This document shows, in pieces, positions 1 to 11,395 of a DNA stretch of 64,000 nt; within the stretch, counting starts at the first letter, position 1, and each line of letters begins with the position of its first letter. Below the pieces are notes generated by a model that was given only the letters and a program-made list of their open reading frames with translations, was not told the origin of the DNA and did not search any database. Origin of the DNA: Clostridia bacterium (GTDB taxonomy: Bacteria > Bacillota > Clostridia > TANB77 > CAG-508); the NCBI GenBank assembly GCA_051891435.1, contig JBJFFE010000069.1, forward strand, positions 15,228 through 79,227, read 5' to 3'. Position numbers and translations under genes: made by a program.

Positions 1-1
1 G

Positions 2-424
2 GAATACATTGTATCTGCAATGAGTGACCAAGTAAATGTTATCAGACCTATTATTGCACAAATGAATAGAGTAATAGATGATTTAAACCAAGTGTATTTA
101 GAAGGTGCAAATAAAGTTTTTGATTTCCCAGAGTTTAAGAAAGTAGAAACAGCAAAAAATTTTTTAAGTATATTAGATACTAAAGAGCCAATGTTGGAAA
201 TTTTAAACTCAGGGCTTGCAGAAGATATAAATGTATATATTGGAGAAGAAAGTGAAAGGGAAGAACTAAAAGATTTAAGTATCATAACTTTTAAACATAA
301 AGTATTTGGAAAAAATATGGGAACAATAGGAATTATAGGACCTAAAAGAATGGATTATTCAAAGGTTATTTCAATTATGAAGTATATAAATAAAAAGCTA
401 AATGAAAATAACGAAGATGAATAA
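2..424 (+). CDS. hrcA: Heat-inducible transcription repressor HrcA, C-terminal part (gene begins upstream of window)
   Basis: ORF 20..424 is open to the window edge in the same frame. It is followed by grpE-dnaK-dnaJ in the canonical order. Confidence 0.75.
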   Translation, partial: EYIVSAMSDQVNVIRPIIAQMNRVIDDLNQVYLEGANKVFDFPEFKKVETAKNFLSILDTKEPMLEILNSGLAEDINVYIGEESEREELKDLSIITFKHKVFGKNMGTIGIIGPKRMDYSKVISIMKYINKKLNENNEDE

Positions 425-436
425 AAGGAGGATAAA

Positions 437-961
437 ATGTCAGAGGAAAATAAAGAAGAAATAAAAGAAAAAGTAAAAGAAAATATAAAAGAAGAAAATA
501 ATACTGAAGATGCTAATATGGAAAGTGAATTATTAAAAACAAAACAAGAGTTAGAAGAAACAACAGATAGATTTAAAAGAATAATGGCAGAATTTGAAAA
601 TTTTAAAAAGAGAAGCTCAAAGGAAAGAGAAACACTTTACAATTCTTTAGTGGCAGATATAATAGCATCTTTTCTACCAGTGCAAGATAACCTAGAAAAA
701 GCTATAGAGGCAAAAACCGTAGATGAGAGCTTTAAACAAGGAATAGAACTAGTAACAAAACAAATTAGTGATATATTTAAAAAATTTGGAGTAGAAGAAA
801 TAGAAACTTGTGGTAAACCTTTTGACCCAGAATTACACGAAGCAGTAAGCAGTGTACAAGATGAAACTTTAGGCGAAAAAATAGTGAAAGAGGAATTTAG
901 AAAAGGTTACAAAATTGGAAATAAGGTCATAAGACACGCTATGGTTGTGGTTGCGAATTAG
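437..961 (+). CDS. grpE: Nucleotide exchange factor GrpE
   Basis: AGGAGG RBS precedes the ATG at 437. The charged coiled-coil N-terminus and GrpE-like C-terminus fit, and the position between hrcA and dnaK is canonical. Confidence 0.9.
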   Translation: MSEENKEEIKEKVKENIKEENNTEDANMESELLKTKQELEETTDRFKRIMAEFENFKKRSSKERETLYNSLVADIIASFLPVQDNLEKAIEAKTVDESFKQGIELVTKQISDIFKKFGVEEIETCGKPFDPELHEAVSSVQDETLGEKIVKEEFRKGYKIGNKVIRHAMVVVAN

Positions 962-962
962 C

Positions 963-1017
963 ATGTAGGGGCTGGTCTTGACCAGCCCGCGGGTCAGTCA
1001 AGACTGACCCCTACAAC
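963..1017. repeat. GTAGGGG...CCCCTAC family palindromic element (composite, two inner hairpins)
   Basis: The element reads GTAGGGG-CTGGTCTTGACCAGC-CCGCGG-GTCAGTCAAGACTGAC-CCCTACAAC. Confidence 0.7.
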
Positions 1018-1063
1018 AAAACAAATTAAATGTTATTAATTTTAAAAATATATATAAATTTAA

Positions 1064-2917
<1,854 letters not shown>

Positions 2918-2950
2918 AACGAATGAAAAACTTCGTCTAGCGTTGTTAAA

Positions 2951-3005
2951 TTGAAACAAAAAATGCTCAACGTACCTATGTACGCCTCCGCTTTTTTGTT
3001 TCAAT
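2951..3005 (+). terminator. dnaK terminator: long stem TTGAAACAAAAAA/TTTTTTGTTTCAA
   Basis: A 13-bp stem with a large loop sits immediately after the dnaK stop. Confidence 0.6.
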
Positions 3006-3120
3006 TTGCCTAGCTATACTTGTTTTTGATTCGTTTTAAAATTCATTATTCATAAGCAAATTTATATTAATTTTTTTATGAATGATAAATCTGTAAATAT
3101 TGTTATTTTTAGGTATACAG

Positions 3121-3268
3121 TAGCCAAACGCAGGGGCTTTATATATTTTAAAAGCGAAGCGCCTCGTGGGGACCGCCGTGGGCTGTTAAAGGCGTAAGCC
3201 TTGTTACAGCGCCGGTGGGAAGCGATGAGCGAATTAAAATATATAAACCCCGACGAGATTTGGCGGAC
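3121..3268 (+). ncRNA. GC-rich structured RNA candidate in the dnaK-dnaJ spacer (unknown family)
   Basis: A 150-nt patch is about 55% GC in a 28% GC genome. It has nested helices: GCCAAA/UUUGGC as an outer closure, CUCGUGGGG/CCCCGACGAG, CCGCCG/CGGUGG, and an extended hairpin GCUGU-AAGGC-GUAA-GCCUU-ACAGC with a GNRA loop. Confidence 0.35.
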
Positions 3269-3294
3269 TGTTATAGAATTATTAGGAGGAAAAT

Positions 3295-4453
3295 ATGGCA
3301 CAAAAAAGAGATTATTATGAGGTACTAGGAGTTGCAAAAACTGCAACAGATGAAGAAATAAAAAAAGCATATAGAAAACTTGCAAAAAAATGGCATCCAG
3401 ATGCAAATCCAGATAATAAAAAAGAAGCAGAAGAAAAATTTAAAGAAGTATCTGAAGCATACGAAACATTATCCAACCCACAAAAAAGAAAAATGTATGA
3501 TCAATTTGGACCAGATGGCCCTCAAGGATTTGGAGGAGCAGGAAATGGAGGATATTATTCATATTCTACTACAGGGTTTGATGGTTTCGATGGATTTGGA
3601 GATTTTGGGGATATCTTTTCTACAATTTTTGGTGGAGGAACAGGATTTGGAGGAAGAACAAATGCTAAAACTAAAAATGGACCAAGAAAAGGTAGAGATT
3701 TAAAATATAATATAGATGTTTCTTTTGAGGAAGCGTATAAAGGGGTAAAAAAGGAAGTAACAATAAATAGAGAAGAAGAATGTCATGTGTGCCATGGAGC
3801 TAAAGCAAAACCAGGAACAAAGGCTACAACTTGTAAGATGTGTAATGGTACAGGAACAGTAAAACAAACTGTGTCAACAATTTTGGGACAAATGCAAACA
3901 ACTAAAACTTGTCCTGTATGTGGCGGAGAAGGAACCATAATAGAAGAAAAATGCCCAGAGTGCAAAGGAAAAGGAAAAATAAAGAAAGCGGTAAAGGTAA
4001 CAGTAAATATACCAGAGGGAATTAACGATGGGCAAGCAGTAGTATTAAGAGGAGAGGGTGAACCAGGAACAAAAGGTGGCCCAAAAGGAGATTTATACTT
4101 TGTTGTAACAGTAAGAAAACATAGAATATATACAAGACAAGGAGATAATGTACTTTGTGAAATTCCAATCACATATACACAAGCAACATTAGGAGCAGAA
4201 TTAGAAATTCCAATGGTAGATGGTACAGTCGAAAAATATAAGATTCCTGAAGGAACTCAAAGTGGAACTAAATTTACAATAAAGAGTAAAGGCTTTAAAG
4301 CTGTTAATGGAAATTGGAGAGGCGATTTTATATTTACAGTTACAGTTCAAATTCCAAAAAAATTAACGCGGAGAACAAAGAGATTTATTAATGAAACTTG
4401 CTCAAACAATGAATGAACAACCACCAGTAAAAAAAAGAGGAATATTTGGATAA
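3295..4453 (+). CDS. dnaJ: Chaperone DnaJ, J-domain plus four CxxCxGxG zinc-finger repeats; needs a +1 shift at in-frame CGG 4369-4371
   Basis: HPD J-domain, G/F region and CxxCxG repeats are present. The zero frame ends at 4416, but skipping C4369 gives [29 protein letters not shown], a typical DnaJ C-terminus. Confidence 0.85.
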
Positions 4454-4460
4454 TAAAGAA

Positions 4461-4480
4461 GGTCAAGGAAATCCTTGACC
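4461..4480. terminator. Bidirectional hairpin between dnaJ and the convergent small gene
   Basis: The hairpin reads GGTCAAGGA-aat-TCCTTGACC. Confidence 0.6.
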
Positions 4481-4490
4481 TTTGCTGAAA

Positions 4491-4664
4491 TTATTTTGCC
4501 TGAGATTTGTACTTCTTCTGAGCACATTGCTTGCCACTTTTCTTGCCTGATGATTGACAAGAAATAGGGTTGGCATATACAGGTTTGCTGGAAGGAGGGG
4601 TAGCAGGAAGAACAACAGTAGTTCTCCTAAAAGCTCCAACTCCTTCAACATGTTTCTTAGCCAA
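4491..4664 (-). CDS. Small lysine/serine-rich hypothetical protein (57 aa, TTG start)
   Basis: GGAGGTG RBS lies 7 nt before the TTG. The ORF reads MAKKHVEGVGAFRR...KSQAK and ends at a hairpin terminator shared with dnaJ. It is preferred over the overlapping low-complexity frame 4463..4651. Confidence 0.35.
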   Translation of the reverse strand: MAKKHVEGVGAFRRTTVVLPATPPSSKPVYANPISCQSSGKKSGKQCAQKKYKSQAK

Positions 4665-4728
4665 AATAATTCACCTCCTAAAAAAATTCTTTTAAATTAT
4701 ATCATATTATGTAAAGGAAATAAAGAAT

Positions 4729-5479
4729 ATGCAAAAATTTTTTGTAAAAAATAATCAAATAAAAGAAAATATAGCAGAAATTATTGGGACCGATGTAAAC
4801 CATATTGTTAATGCATTAAGATTAAAATTAAATGATAAAATATTAATATGTAATCTTGATAAGGGAAATAATTATATGGCTAAAATTATAGAAATCAATA
4901 AAGAAAAGGTAAAATGTAATATAATAGAAAAGATAGAAGAGAAAGCAGAAACAAAAATTAATATAACTATTTTTCAAGGCTTACCTAAAGCTGAAAAAAT
5001 GGAGCTTATAATACAAAAATGTACTGAACTACGGAGTAAAAGAAATAATTCCTGTACAAATGGAAAGATGTGTTGTAAAATTAGATAGTAAAGTTGCTAA
5101 TAAAAAAATTGAAAGATGGCAAAAGATAGCAGAAGCTGCTGCAAAACAAAGTAAAAGAAATAGTATTTGTAAAATAAATAATATAATTAATATAAAAAAT
5201 ATTTGTAATGTTGTACAAAATTATGATATATTATTAGTACCATATGAAAATGAAGAAAAAAATACATTAAAGGAAACACTTAAAATAATTGAAAATAAAG
5301 AAAATTTAAATATAGCAATTGTAATAGGTCCAGAGGGTGGCTTCGAAGAAAAAGAAATAGAATTATTAAAACAAAATAATGGTAAAATTATAACTTTGGG
5401 TAAAAGAATTTTAAGGACTGAAACAGTGGCAATGGCAATGGCAAGTATAATTATGTATGAGTTTGGAGAATTGGAATAG
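4729..5479 (+). CDS. rsmE: 16S rRNA (uracil1498-N3)-methyltransferase RsmE; needs a +1 shift at in-frame CGG 5032-5034
   Basis: ORFs 4729..5088 and 5060..5479 together make one RsmE. The sequence ...QKCTEL then (skip C) GVKEIIPVQMERCVV restores the conserved ELGV motif. Confidence 0.8.
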
Positions 5480-5516
5480 TAGAATTGATAAATAATCATG
5501 GAGGAATATATTTCAA

Positions 5517-6083
5517 ATGAAAAAGAAAGAATTAGAAAAGTTAGATAAATTAAACCAAGAAAAAAAATTAACAAAGGACGTAAAAGAAAAAATCTCAAAA
5601 AAAGTTTTAAATAATTTTTTAATTGCAGTAAATATTTTGTTATTTTTTATAATTTTAATGATAATAGATAGAAATTTAAGTAAAGAATTAACAATATTAA
5701 TTTATAAAATATCAAGTGTAATATTATTTATTTTTACACTTGTACTTTTTGAAATAGCTTATAAAAAAGATAATGATGTGCTTGGCATTCATGGTATAGA
5801 AATGCTTTTTTTATCCATTATTACATTACTTACCCCATATATTTTTATAGATAAAACCAGTGTATTTACAAGTATTGTAGGAGCTTATTATACTGCGTAT
5901 TACATATTAAAAAATCTTGCTATATATAAAAAAGAAAAAAATAATTATTTAAGAGAACAAAATGATATAAAAGAAATTGTAAAAAAAGAAAGTCAAGATA
6001 AATTGGCACAAGAGCAATTTACTCAAAGGAAAGAGGACGGAAAACCTAAAAAAAGAGGGAGACCAAAAAAAGTGAATAATTAA
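5517..6083 (+). CDS. Hypothetical membrane protein with a C-terminal basic GRP (AT-hook-like) tail
   Basis: Several predicted TM helices are followed by KKRGRPKK. Confidence 0.5.
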   Translation: MKKKELEKLDKLNQEKKLTKDVKEKISKKVLNNFLIAVNILLFFIILMIIDRNLSKELTILIYKISSVILFIFTLVLFEIAYKKDNDVLGIHGIEMLFLSIITLLTPYIFIDKTSVFTSIVGAYYTAYYILKNLAIYKKEKNNYLREQNDIKEIVKKESQDKLAQEQFTQRKEDGKPKKRGRPKKVNN

Positions 6084-6170
6084 TAGTTAATAGTGGAGAA
6101 TTATGATCAGTTTTGGTCATAAAATAACAAATATCAAAATTAAAAATATATTGAAAGGAAGGAATATCTA

Positions 6171-7049
6171 ATGATAAAAAGTATGACGGGATTTGGAAGA
6201 AGCAAATATGAAATTGAAGGAAGAGAATATTCAGTTGAAATAAAATCTGTGAATAATAGATATAGTGATATAAGTATAAAAATTCCAAGGAATATTAGCT
6301 TTTTAGAAGAAAAAGTAAAAAAACTTATTGGAAATACTATATCAAGAGGAAAAATAGATGTATTTATTAATTTTACTAATAATAGTGAAAAAGGAAAAGC
6401 AATACAAATAAATACAGAACTTGCTAAAAAATATATAGAAGAATTAAAAAAGCTACAAACTGAAACAGAGATAATAGACAATATTAATATAATAGATGTA
6501 TCAAAAATGCCAGAAGTGTTTAATTTGAAAATTGAAGAAGATGATGAAGACATGCTATGGCAGGAATTATCTGAAGTTTTAGATAACGCAATAACAAGTT
6601 TTGTATTAATGAGAGAAACGGAAGGAAAGAAAATTAAAGAAGACCTAGAAAAAAGAATTGAAGATATACAAGAAAAAATAGAAAAAATAAATGAAATTTC
6701 TACTGGACTTGTGGAAGAATATATAGTAAAATTAGAAAAAAGAGTTAATGAACTTTTAAAAACAACAGTTATAGATGAGTCAAGACTTGCACAAGAAATA
6801 GTAATTTATTCAGATAAATGTTCTATAGAAGAAGAATTAACTCGATTAAGAAGTCATATATCACAGTTTTTAAATTTGCTTGATGAAAATACTCCTGTAG
6901 GGAAAAAACTAGATTTCCTTATTCAAGAAATGAATAGAGAGACAAATACAATTGGTTCTAAGGCTAACAATTTAGAAATAACAAATCTAGTAGTAGATAT
7001 AAAAACAGAAATAGAAAACATTAGAGAACAGGTACAAAACGTAGAATAA
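6171..7049 (+). CDS. yicC: YicC/YloC family stress-induced protein (endoribonuclease)
   Basis: The N-terminus [10 protein letters not shown] is typical of YicC, and the gene lies next to remA/gmk as in Bacillus. Confidence 0.8.
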   Translation: MIKSMTGFGRSKYEIEGREYSVEIKSVNNRYSDISIKIPRNISFLEEKVKKLIGNTISRGKIDVFINFTNNSEKGKAIQINTELAKKYIEELKKLQTETEIIDNINIIDVSKMPEVFNLKIEEDDEDMLWQELSEVLDNAITSFVLMRETEGKKIKEDLEKRIEDIQEKIEKINEISTGLVEEYIVKLEKRVNELLKTTVIDESRLAQEIVIYSDKCSIEEELTRLRSHISQFLNLLDENTPVGKKLDFLIQEMNRETNTIGSKANNLEITNLVVDIKTEIENIREQVQNVE

Positions 7050-7079
7050 TATTTAAATTTATTCATGAAAAATTAAAAT

Positions 7080-7107
7080 GTAGGGAACGGCGCCCTCGTT
7101 GTTCCAC
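7080..7107. repeat. GTAGGGAACG-type GC-rich hairpin (paralog at 50897)
   Basis: GTAGGGAACGGCGCCCTCGTTGTTCCAC matches GTAGGGAACGACGTCCTCGTCGTTCT at 50897. Confidence 0.6.
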
Positions 7108-7120
7108 GAAGGAGAAAAAT

Positions 7121-7372
7121 ATGCAATTATTAAATATAGGTTTTGGAAATGTTGTTTCTGCATCAAGAATTATTTCAATAATAAATCCAGAAGCAGCACC
7201 AATAAAAAGAATGATTCAAGAAGCAAAAGATGAAAAAACAGCAGTAGATGCAACTTGTGGCAGAAGAACAAGAGCAGTTATTGTTATGGATTCCGGTCAT
7301 ATTGTATTATCCGCTTTGCAACCAGAGACATTATCAGGAAGACTTGAAGTGGGGATTGAAGATTTTGATTAA
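7121..7372 (+). CDS. remA: DUF370 / RemA-like extracellular matrix regulatory protein
   Basis: [26 protein letters not shown]...[24 protein letters not shown] matches the RemA/YlzA family. Confidence 0.8.
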   Translation: MQLLNIGFGNVVSASRIISIINPEAAPIKRMIQEAKDEKTAVDATCGRRTRAVIVMDSGHIVLSALQPETLSGRLEVGIEDFD

Positions 7373-7414
7373 ATAATTTTAGACAATTAATAATATTAAA
7401 AGGAGATGTAAAAA

Positions 7415-7606
7415 ATGATTATCAAACCAACAGTTACAGATTTATTAAAAATTGCAGACAACAGATTTGAGCTAGTAATAGCAACATCTAAAAGAGCAAG
7501 AAAAATTGCAGAAGGAGAAAAACCTTTAACCAATGTAAAAGAAAGATCAGCAGTAACACTAGCAGCTAACGAAATTGTAGAAGGAAAGGTGAAAATAAAA
7601 TGCTAG
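7415..7606 (+). CDS. rpoZ: DNA-directed RNA polymerase subunit omega
   Basis: It is a 63-aa protein with the RFELVIATSKRARKI motif and sits next to gmk. Confidence 0.6.
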   Translation: MIIKPTVTDLLKIADNRFELVIATSKRARKIAEGEKPLTNVKERSAVTLAANEIVEGKVKIKC

Positions 7607-8175
7607 TATTACTATCAGGAGTATCAGGTGCAGGGAAAGATACAATAAAAAAAGAACTAATAAAAAGAATGGATAATGTGGTATCATTACCATCATATAC
7701 AGATAGACCAATTAGAATAGACGAAAAACCAGGGGTGATGTATAACCATGTTACAACAGAAGAATTTGAAAAAATGATAAAAAATGGAGAACTATATGAA
7801 TATAGTCTTCATCATAAACACTATTATGGAACATCGAGAAAACTTATGAATGAAAAAATCCAAAGTGGAAAAATAATAGTTAAAGATATGGATGTTAATG
7901 GAACAGAAAACTTAATAGAACTATTAAAACAAGACACAAAGGTGGTAACAATATTTTTAAGAGTACCAAAAGAGGAATTAAGAAAAAGACTAGAACACAG
8001 AAAAGACAAGCCTAGCATAAAAGAAATAGAATTAAGATTAAACAGATTTGATTATGAAGAATCTAAAATAGGAATGTATGATTATGTATTAAAAAATAAC
8101 AATTTAGAAAAAACAGTTCAAATAATAATGACAATAATAGAAAATGAAAGAAAATTAGAAAAAACACCAGATTAA
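7600..8175 (+). CDS. gmk: Guanylate kinase family protein
   Basis: It has the P-loop SGVSGAGKDT and guanylate-kinase-like length, and it overlaps the rpoZ stop. Confidence 0.7.
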   Translation: MLVLLSGVSGAGKDTIKKELIKRMDNVVSLPSYTDRPIRIDEKPGVMYNHVTTEEFEKMIKNGELYEYSLHHKHYYGTSRKLMNEKIQSGKIIVKDMDVNGTENLIELLKQDTKVVTIFLRVPKEELRKRLEHRKDKPSIKEIELRLNRFDYEESKIGMYDYVLKNNNLEKTVQIIMTIIENERKLEKTPD

Positions 8176-8273
8176 AATTTTGGTGTTTTTTGTTATTTTT
8201 ATAAATTAATATTTACACAAAAAAAAATTTGTGATAAAAATATATATGTAAAAATGTAAATTAGGAGAAAAGA

Positions 8274-11273
8274 ATGTTTAAAAATAATAAGGATACAAAT
8301 AATTATATAAGCAAAGAAGAAGTGGAAAAGATATATGAATATCAAAAAAAGGCATTTGACTCTAAAATAGCTGAACAGCAAAAAAAAATAAATGAATTAA
8401 CAGATTATGTTTCGGCAAGATTTGGGGAGGATTTGTCAAGCTCTAATATTACTGAGCAAGTAAAGAATCTTCGTAATGATTTGAAAGCAATAGAAACAAA
8501 ATATAAACTTGATTTAGAAGCAAATACAAGAGCATTAAAAAAAGAGATAGAAAAAGAAGGAATAAAATTTAATGTAGAGCTAGATAAATCAAATAAAACT
8601 CAAACTGAAGTATATAACAAATACGTTGAAATTTTAGAAAAGAATGAAAATGATATAACAAAATTAAGAGATTTGTTAAATAAAAAAGATGAGCAGATAC
8701 TAGACTTAAATGAAAATTTGCAAAATTATATAGAAAAAGAAAAGCTATATAAAAAAGAAATACAAGATAAATTTGAAAATACTAACAAAAAAATTAATAA
8801 AATAAATTACTTGGGTGTAACTAGTAAATTTGATAAGAAAATACAAGATGAAAGTAAAAAAATAAATGATAAGATAAAGATAATAAATACTACTGTTCAA
8901 GAAAAGTCTGATATGATAAATAGTTTAGTAGAAAAAATTCTAGATACTAATAGAATAGTAGATAAAAATACAACTGATAATAAAAATGAAATAAATAAAT
9001 TAAAAGAAAATTTTGATGAAAATATATTGAAAACAAATGAAAATATTGGTGAATTAAAAGAAATAATGGATTCAAAATTAGCAGAAGAAATTAATCAATT
9101 ACAGGAAAAGAACAATAAAATAGACGAAACAATAAATAGTAATAATACAAAATTATCAGAAGAGATTAATCAAATAAAAGAAAATCACAATAAATTAGAA
9201 GAAACAACAAACAATAATAACATGAAGATATCAGAAGAGATTAATCAAATACAAGAAAATTATAATGAACTAAACGAAGTAACAAACAATAATAAAACAA
9301 AACTATCAGAAGAAATTAATCAAATAAAAGAAAATTATGATAGATTAGAAAATGTAGCAAACAGTAATAATAATAAAATGACAGAAGAAATTAATGCAAT
9401 AAATGCAAATTTTGAAAATAATAAAAATGAAATAAGTCAATTAATTGAAAAAGAACATAAAATCATAGATGAAAATATAAGAAACAATGAAATAGCAGTA
9501 AACAAAATAAATAAAGAATTATTAAAAAAATTTAATCAAATAGAAGAGACAGCAAATATCAATAATGCAAAATTAATAGAAGAAATTAATCAGGCAAAAG
9601 AAAAAAATGATAAAATAGAAGAAACGATAAACAACAACAATAAAAATATATTAGAAAAAATTAACCAATTGCAGGAAAAGAACAATAAAACAGAAGAAAT
9701 AATAAACATTAACAATACAAAATTATCGGAAGAAATTAATCAAATAAAAGAAAATCATAATAAGCTAGAAGAGGTAGCAAGCAGTAATAATACAAAATTA
9801 TCGGAAGAAATTAATCAAATAAAAGAAAATCATAATAAGCTAGAAGAGATAGCAAGCAGTAATAATATAAAATTATTGGAAGAGATTAATCAAATAAAAG
9901 AAAATCACAATAAATTAGAAGAATCAGCAAGCAGTAATAATATAAAATTATTGGAAGAGATTAATCAAATAAAAGAAAATCACAATAAATTAGAAGAATC
10001 AGCAAGCAATAATAACAAAAAATTAGCAGAAGAGATTAAGCAAATAGAAGAAAATCATAATAAGCTAGAAGGGTTAGCAAGCAGTAATAATACAAAATTA
10101 TCGGAAGAGATTAATCAAATAAAAGAAAACTACAATAAATTAGAAGAAGTATCAAACAATAATAATACAAAATTAATAGAAGAAATTACTGCGATAAATA
10201 CAAATATTCAAAAAAATGAGGACATAGTAAATAAATTAAGTAATCAAATAACAGAAGCAAATACAGCTATAAAAGAAGATGTAAAAAATAACAAAAATAC
10301 AATAAAGAAAATAAACGAAGAATTAAAAACACAGGTTGAACAACTAAAGCTAGAAACAGCTACTTCGTATACAAAACTGGAAACAGATGTAACAGAAAAT
10401 AACAAAAATTGGAATTTGAAATTAGCTGAAATAACTAAAAACTTAGATGGTTCTCAATTAGAAGTAGAAAATTTAGCAAATAAAATTACATTAGATTTAG
10501 AACAAACCAAAGAATTTGCAACAAATGAAAACAAAAAAATAGAGGCAGAAATAAATGAACAAATAAAAAATAATGATATTGAAAATAAAGCAAGTTTAAA
10601 GAGTTTAGAAGAAACAATAGAAGACATGAAAAACACTATGAGCATTTCTATTGATAATCTAGGACAAGAAGTATTAAAACTTAAAGAGGAAGCAAAAGCT
10701 AATTTAGAAAAACAAGATAGTAATAATACAGATGTAGAACTATTAAAAAAAGAGCATAATAAATATGTATTAAAAATAAATAATGAATTGAGTAAAATTA
10801 GTAAAGCAATTTTAAATATGCAAAAGAAAAATTTGGAAACTAGTAATAATTTACAAGTTAAAATAAAAGCATATATTGATAATAAAATTGAAAAAGCTAG
10901 CAATACGAAAAATGTAGAAGAACTTATAAATAAGTTGCAACTTTCTATCCTAGAAAAAGAAAAATTGCAAAAGGTTGAAATGGAGCAAATGTTAAATAAA
11001 AAAATAAAAGAAATACAAAAAGAGAATGAAAGAATTTTAAATAAAAAGATTGAAGAATTAAACAATGATTTTATTAGAAATAAAGCTACATTCAACACTA
11101 TTAAAGAAGAAAGATACGAAGAATTGCCAAAGAATAAGAGAAACATGTATGAACTTATAGATAATAAACAAATATTAAAAAGAAGTGCAGCGAGCAAGAA
11201 TCCATTAGATACAACAAAAGAGGGCAAATCACAAATTTTAAAATTCTTTTATGATGATGACGATTTGAATTAA
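8274..11273 (+). CDS. Large coiled-coil protein with about 18 tandem 20-aa (60-bp) repeats (..SNNTKLSEEINQIKENHNKLEE..)
   Basis: The 999-aa ORF is K/E/N-rich and has no signal peptide. A periodic 60-nt DNA repeat runs from about 9100 to 10200. Confidence 0.7.
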   Translation: MFKNNKDTNNYISKEEVEKIYEYQKKAFDSKIAEQQKKINELTDYVSARFGEDLSSSNITEQVKNLRNDLKAIETKYKLDLEANTRALKKEIEKEGIKFNVELDKSNKTQTEVYNKYVEILEKNENDITKLRDLLNKKDEQILDLNENLQNYIEKEKLYKKEIQDKFENTNKKINKINYLGVTSKFDKKIQDESKKINDKIKIINTTVQEKSDMINSLVEKILDTNRIVDKNTTDNKNEINKLKENFDENILKTNENIGELKEIMDSKLAEEINQLQEKNNKIDETINSNNTKLSEEINQIKENHNKLEETTNNNNMKISEEINQIQENYNELNEVTNNNKTKLSEEINQIKENYDRLENVANSNNNKMTEEINAINANFENNKNEISQLIEKEHKIIDENIRNNEIAVNKINKELLKKFNQIEETANINNAKLIEEINQAKEKNDKIEETINNNNKNILEKINQLQEKNNKTEEIININNTKLSEEINQIKENHNKLEEVASSNNTKLSEEINQIKENHNKLEEIASSNNIKLLEEINQIKENHNKLEESASSNNIKLLEEINQIKENHNKLEESASNNNKKLAEEIKQIEENHNKLEGLASSNNTKLSEEINQIKENYNKLEEVSNNNNTKLIEEITAINTNIQKNEDIVNKLSNQITEANTAIKEDVKNNKNTIKKINEELKTQVEQLKLETATSYTKLETDVTENNKNWNLKLAEITKNLDGSQLEVENLANKITLDLEQTKEFATNENKKIEAEINEQIKNNDIENKASLKSLEETIEDMKNTMSISIDNLGQEVLKLKEEAKANLEKQDSNNTDVELLKKEHNKYVLKINNELSKISKAILNMQKKNLETSNNLQVKIKAYIDNKIEKASNTKNVEELINKLQLSILEKEKLQKVEMEQMLNKKIKEIQKENERILNKKIEELNNDFIRNKATFNTIKEERYEELPKNKRNMYELIDNKQILKRSAASKNPLDTTKEGKSQILKFFYDDDDLN
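9100..10200 (+). repeat. Coding tandem repeat, 60-bp period (about 18 copies) inside the 8274..11273 ORF
   Basis: Units ...agcagtaataatacaaaattatcggaagaaattaatcaaataaaagaaaatcataataagctagaaga... recur with minor variation. Confidence 0.8.
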
Positions 11274-11395
11274 ATATTTTTCCTGGTAAAGAGAAAAAAT
11301 AAGCAAAACAAAGAGGACTGCTTTCAAGTCTTCTTTGCTTTTTACTAGTAAAAACTTTATAATATAGTATATATGTTTGGAGGAAAGTTATATAT

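Noticed and set aside
4463-4651. Minus-strand ORF MLKELELLGELLLFF...
   Set aside because: It is a low-complexity frame. The overlapping frame 4491..4664 has an RBS, a TTG start and a terminator, and reads as a plausible small basic protein.
9100-10200. Possible CRISPR array suggested by regular 60-bp repeats
   Set aside because: The repeats are contiguous with no spacers, are in frame, and lie inside a long ORF. They are coding tandem repeats, not CRISPR.
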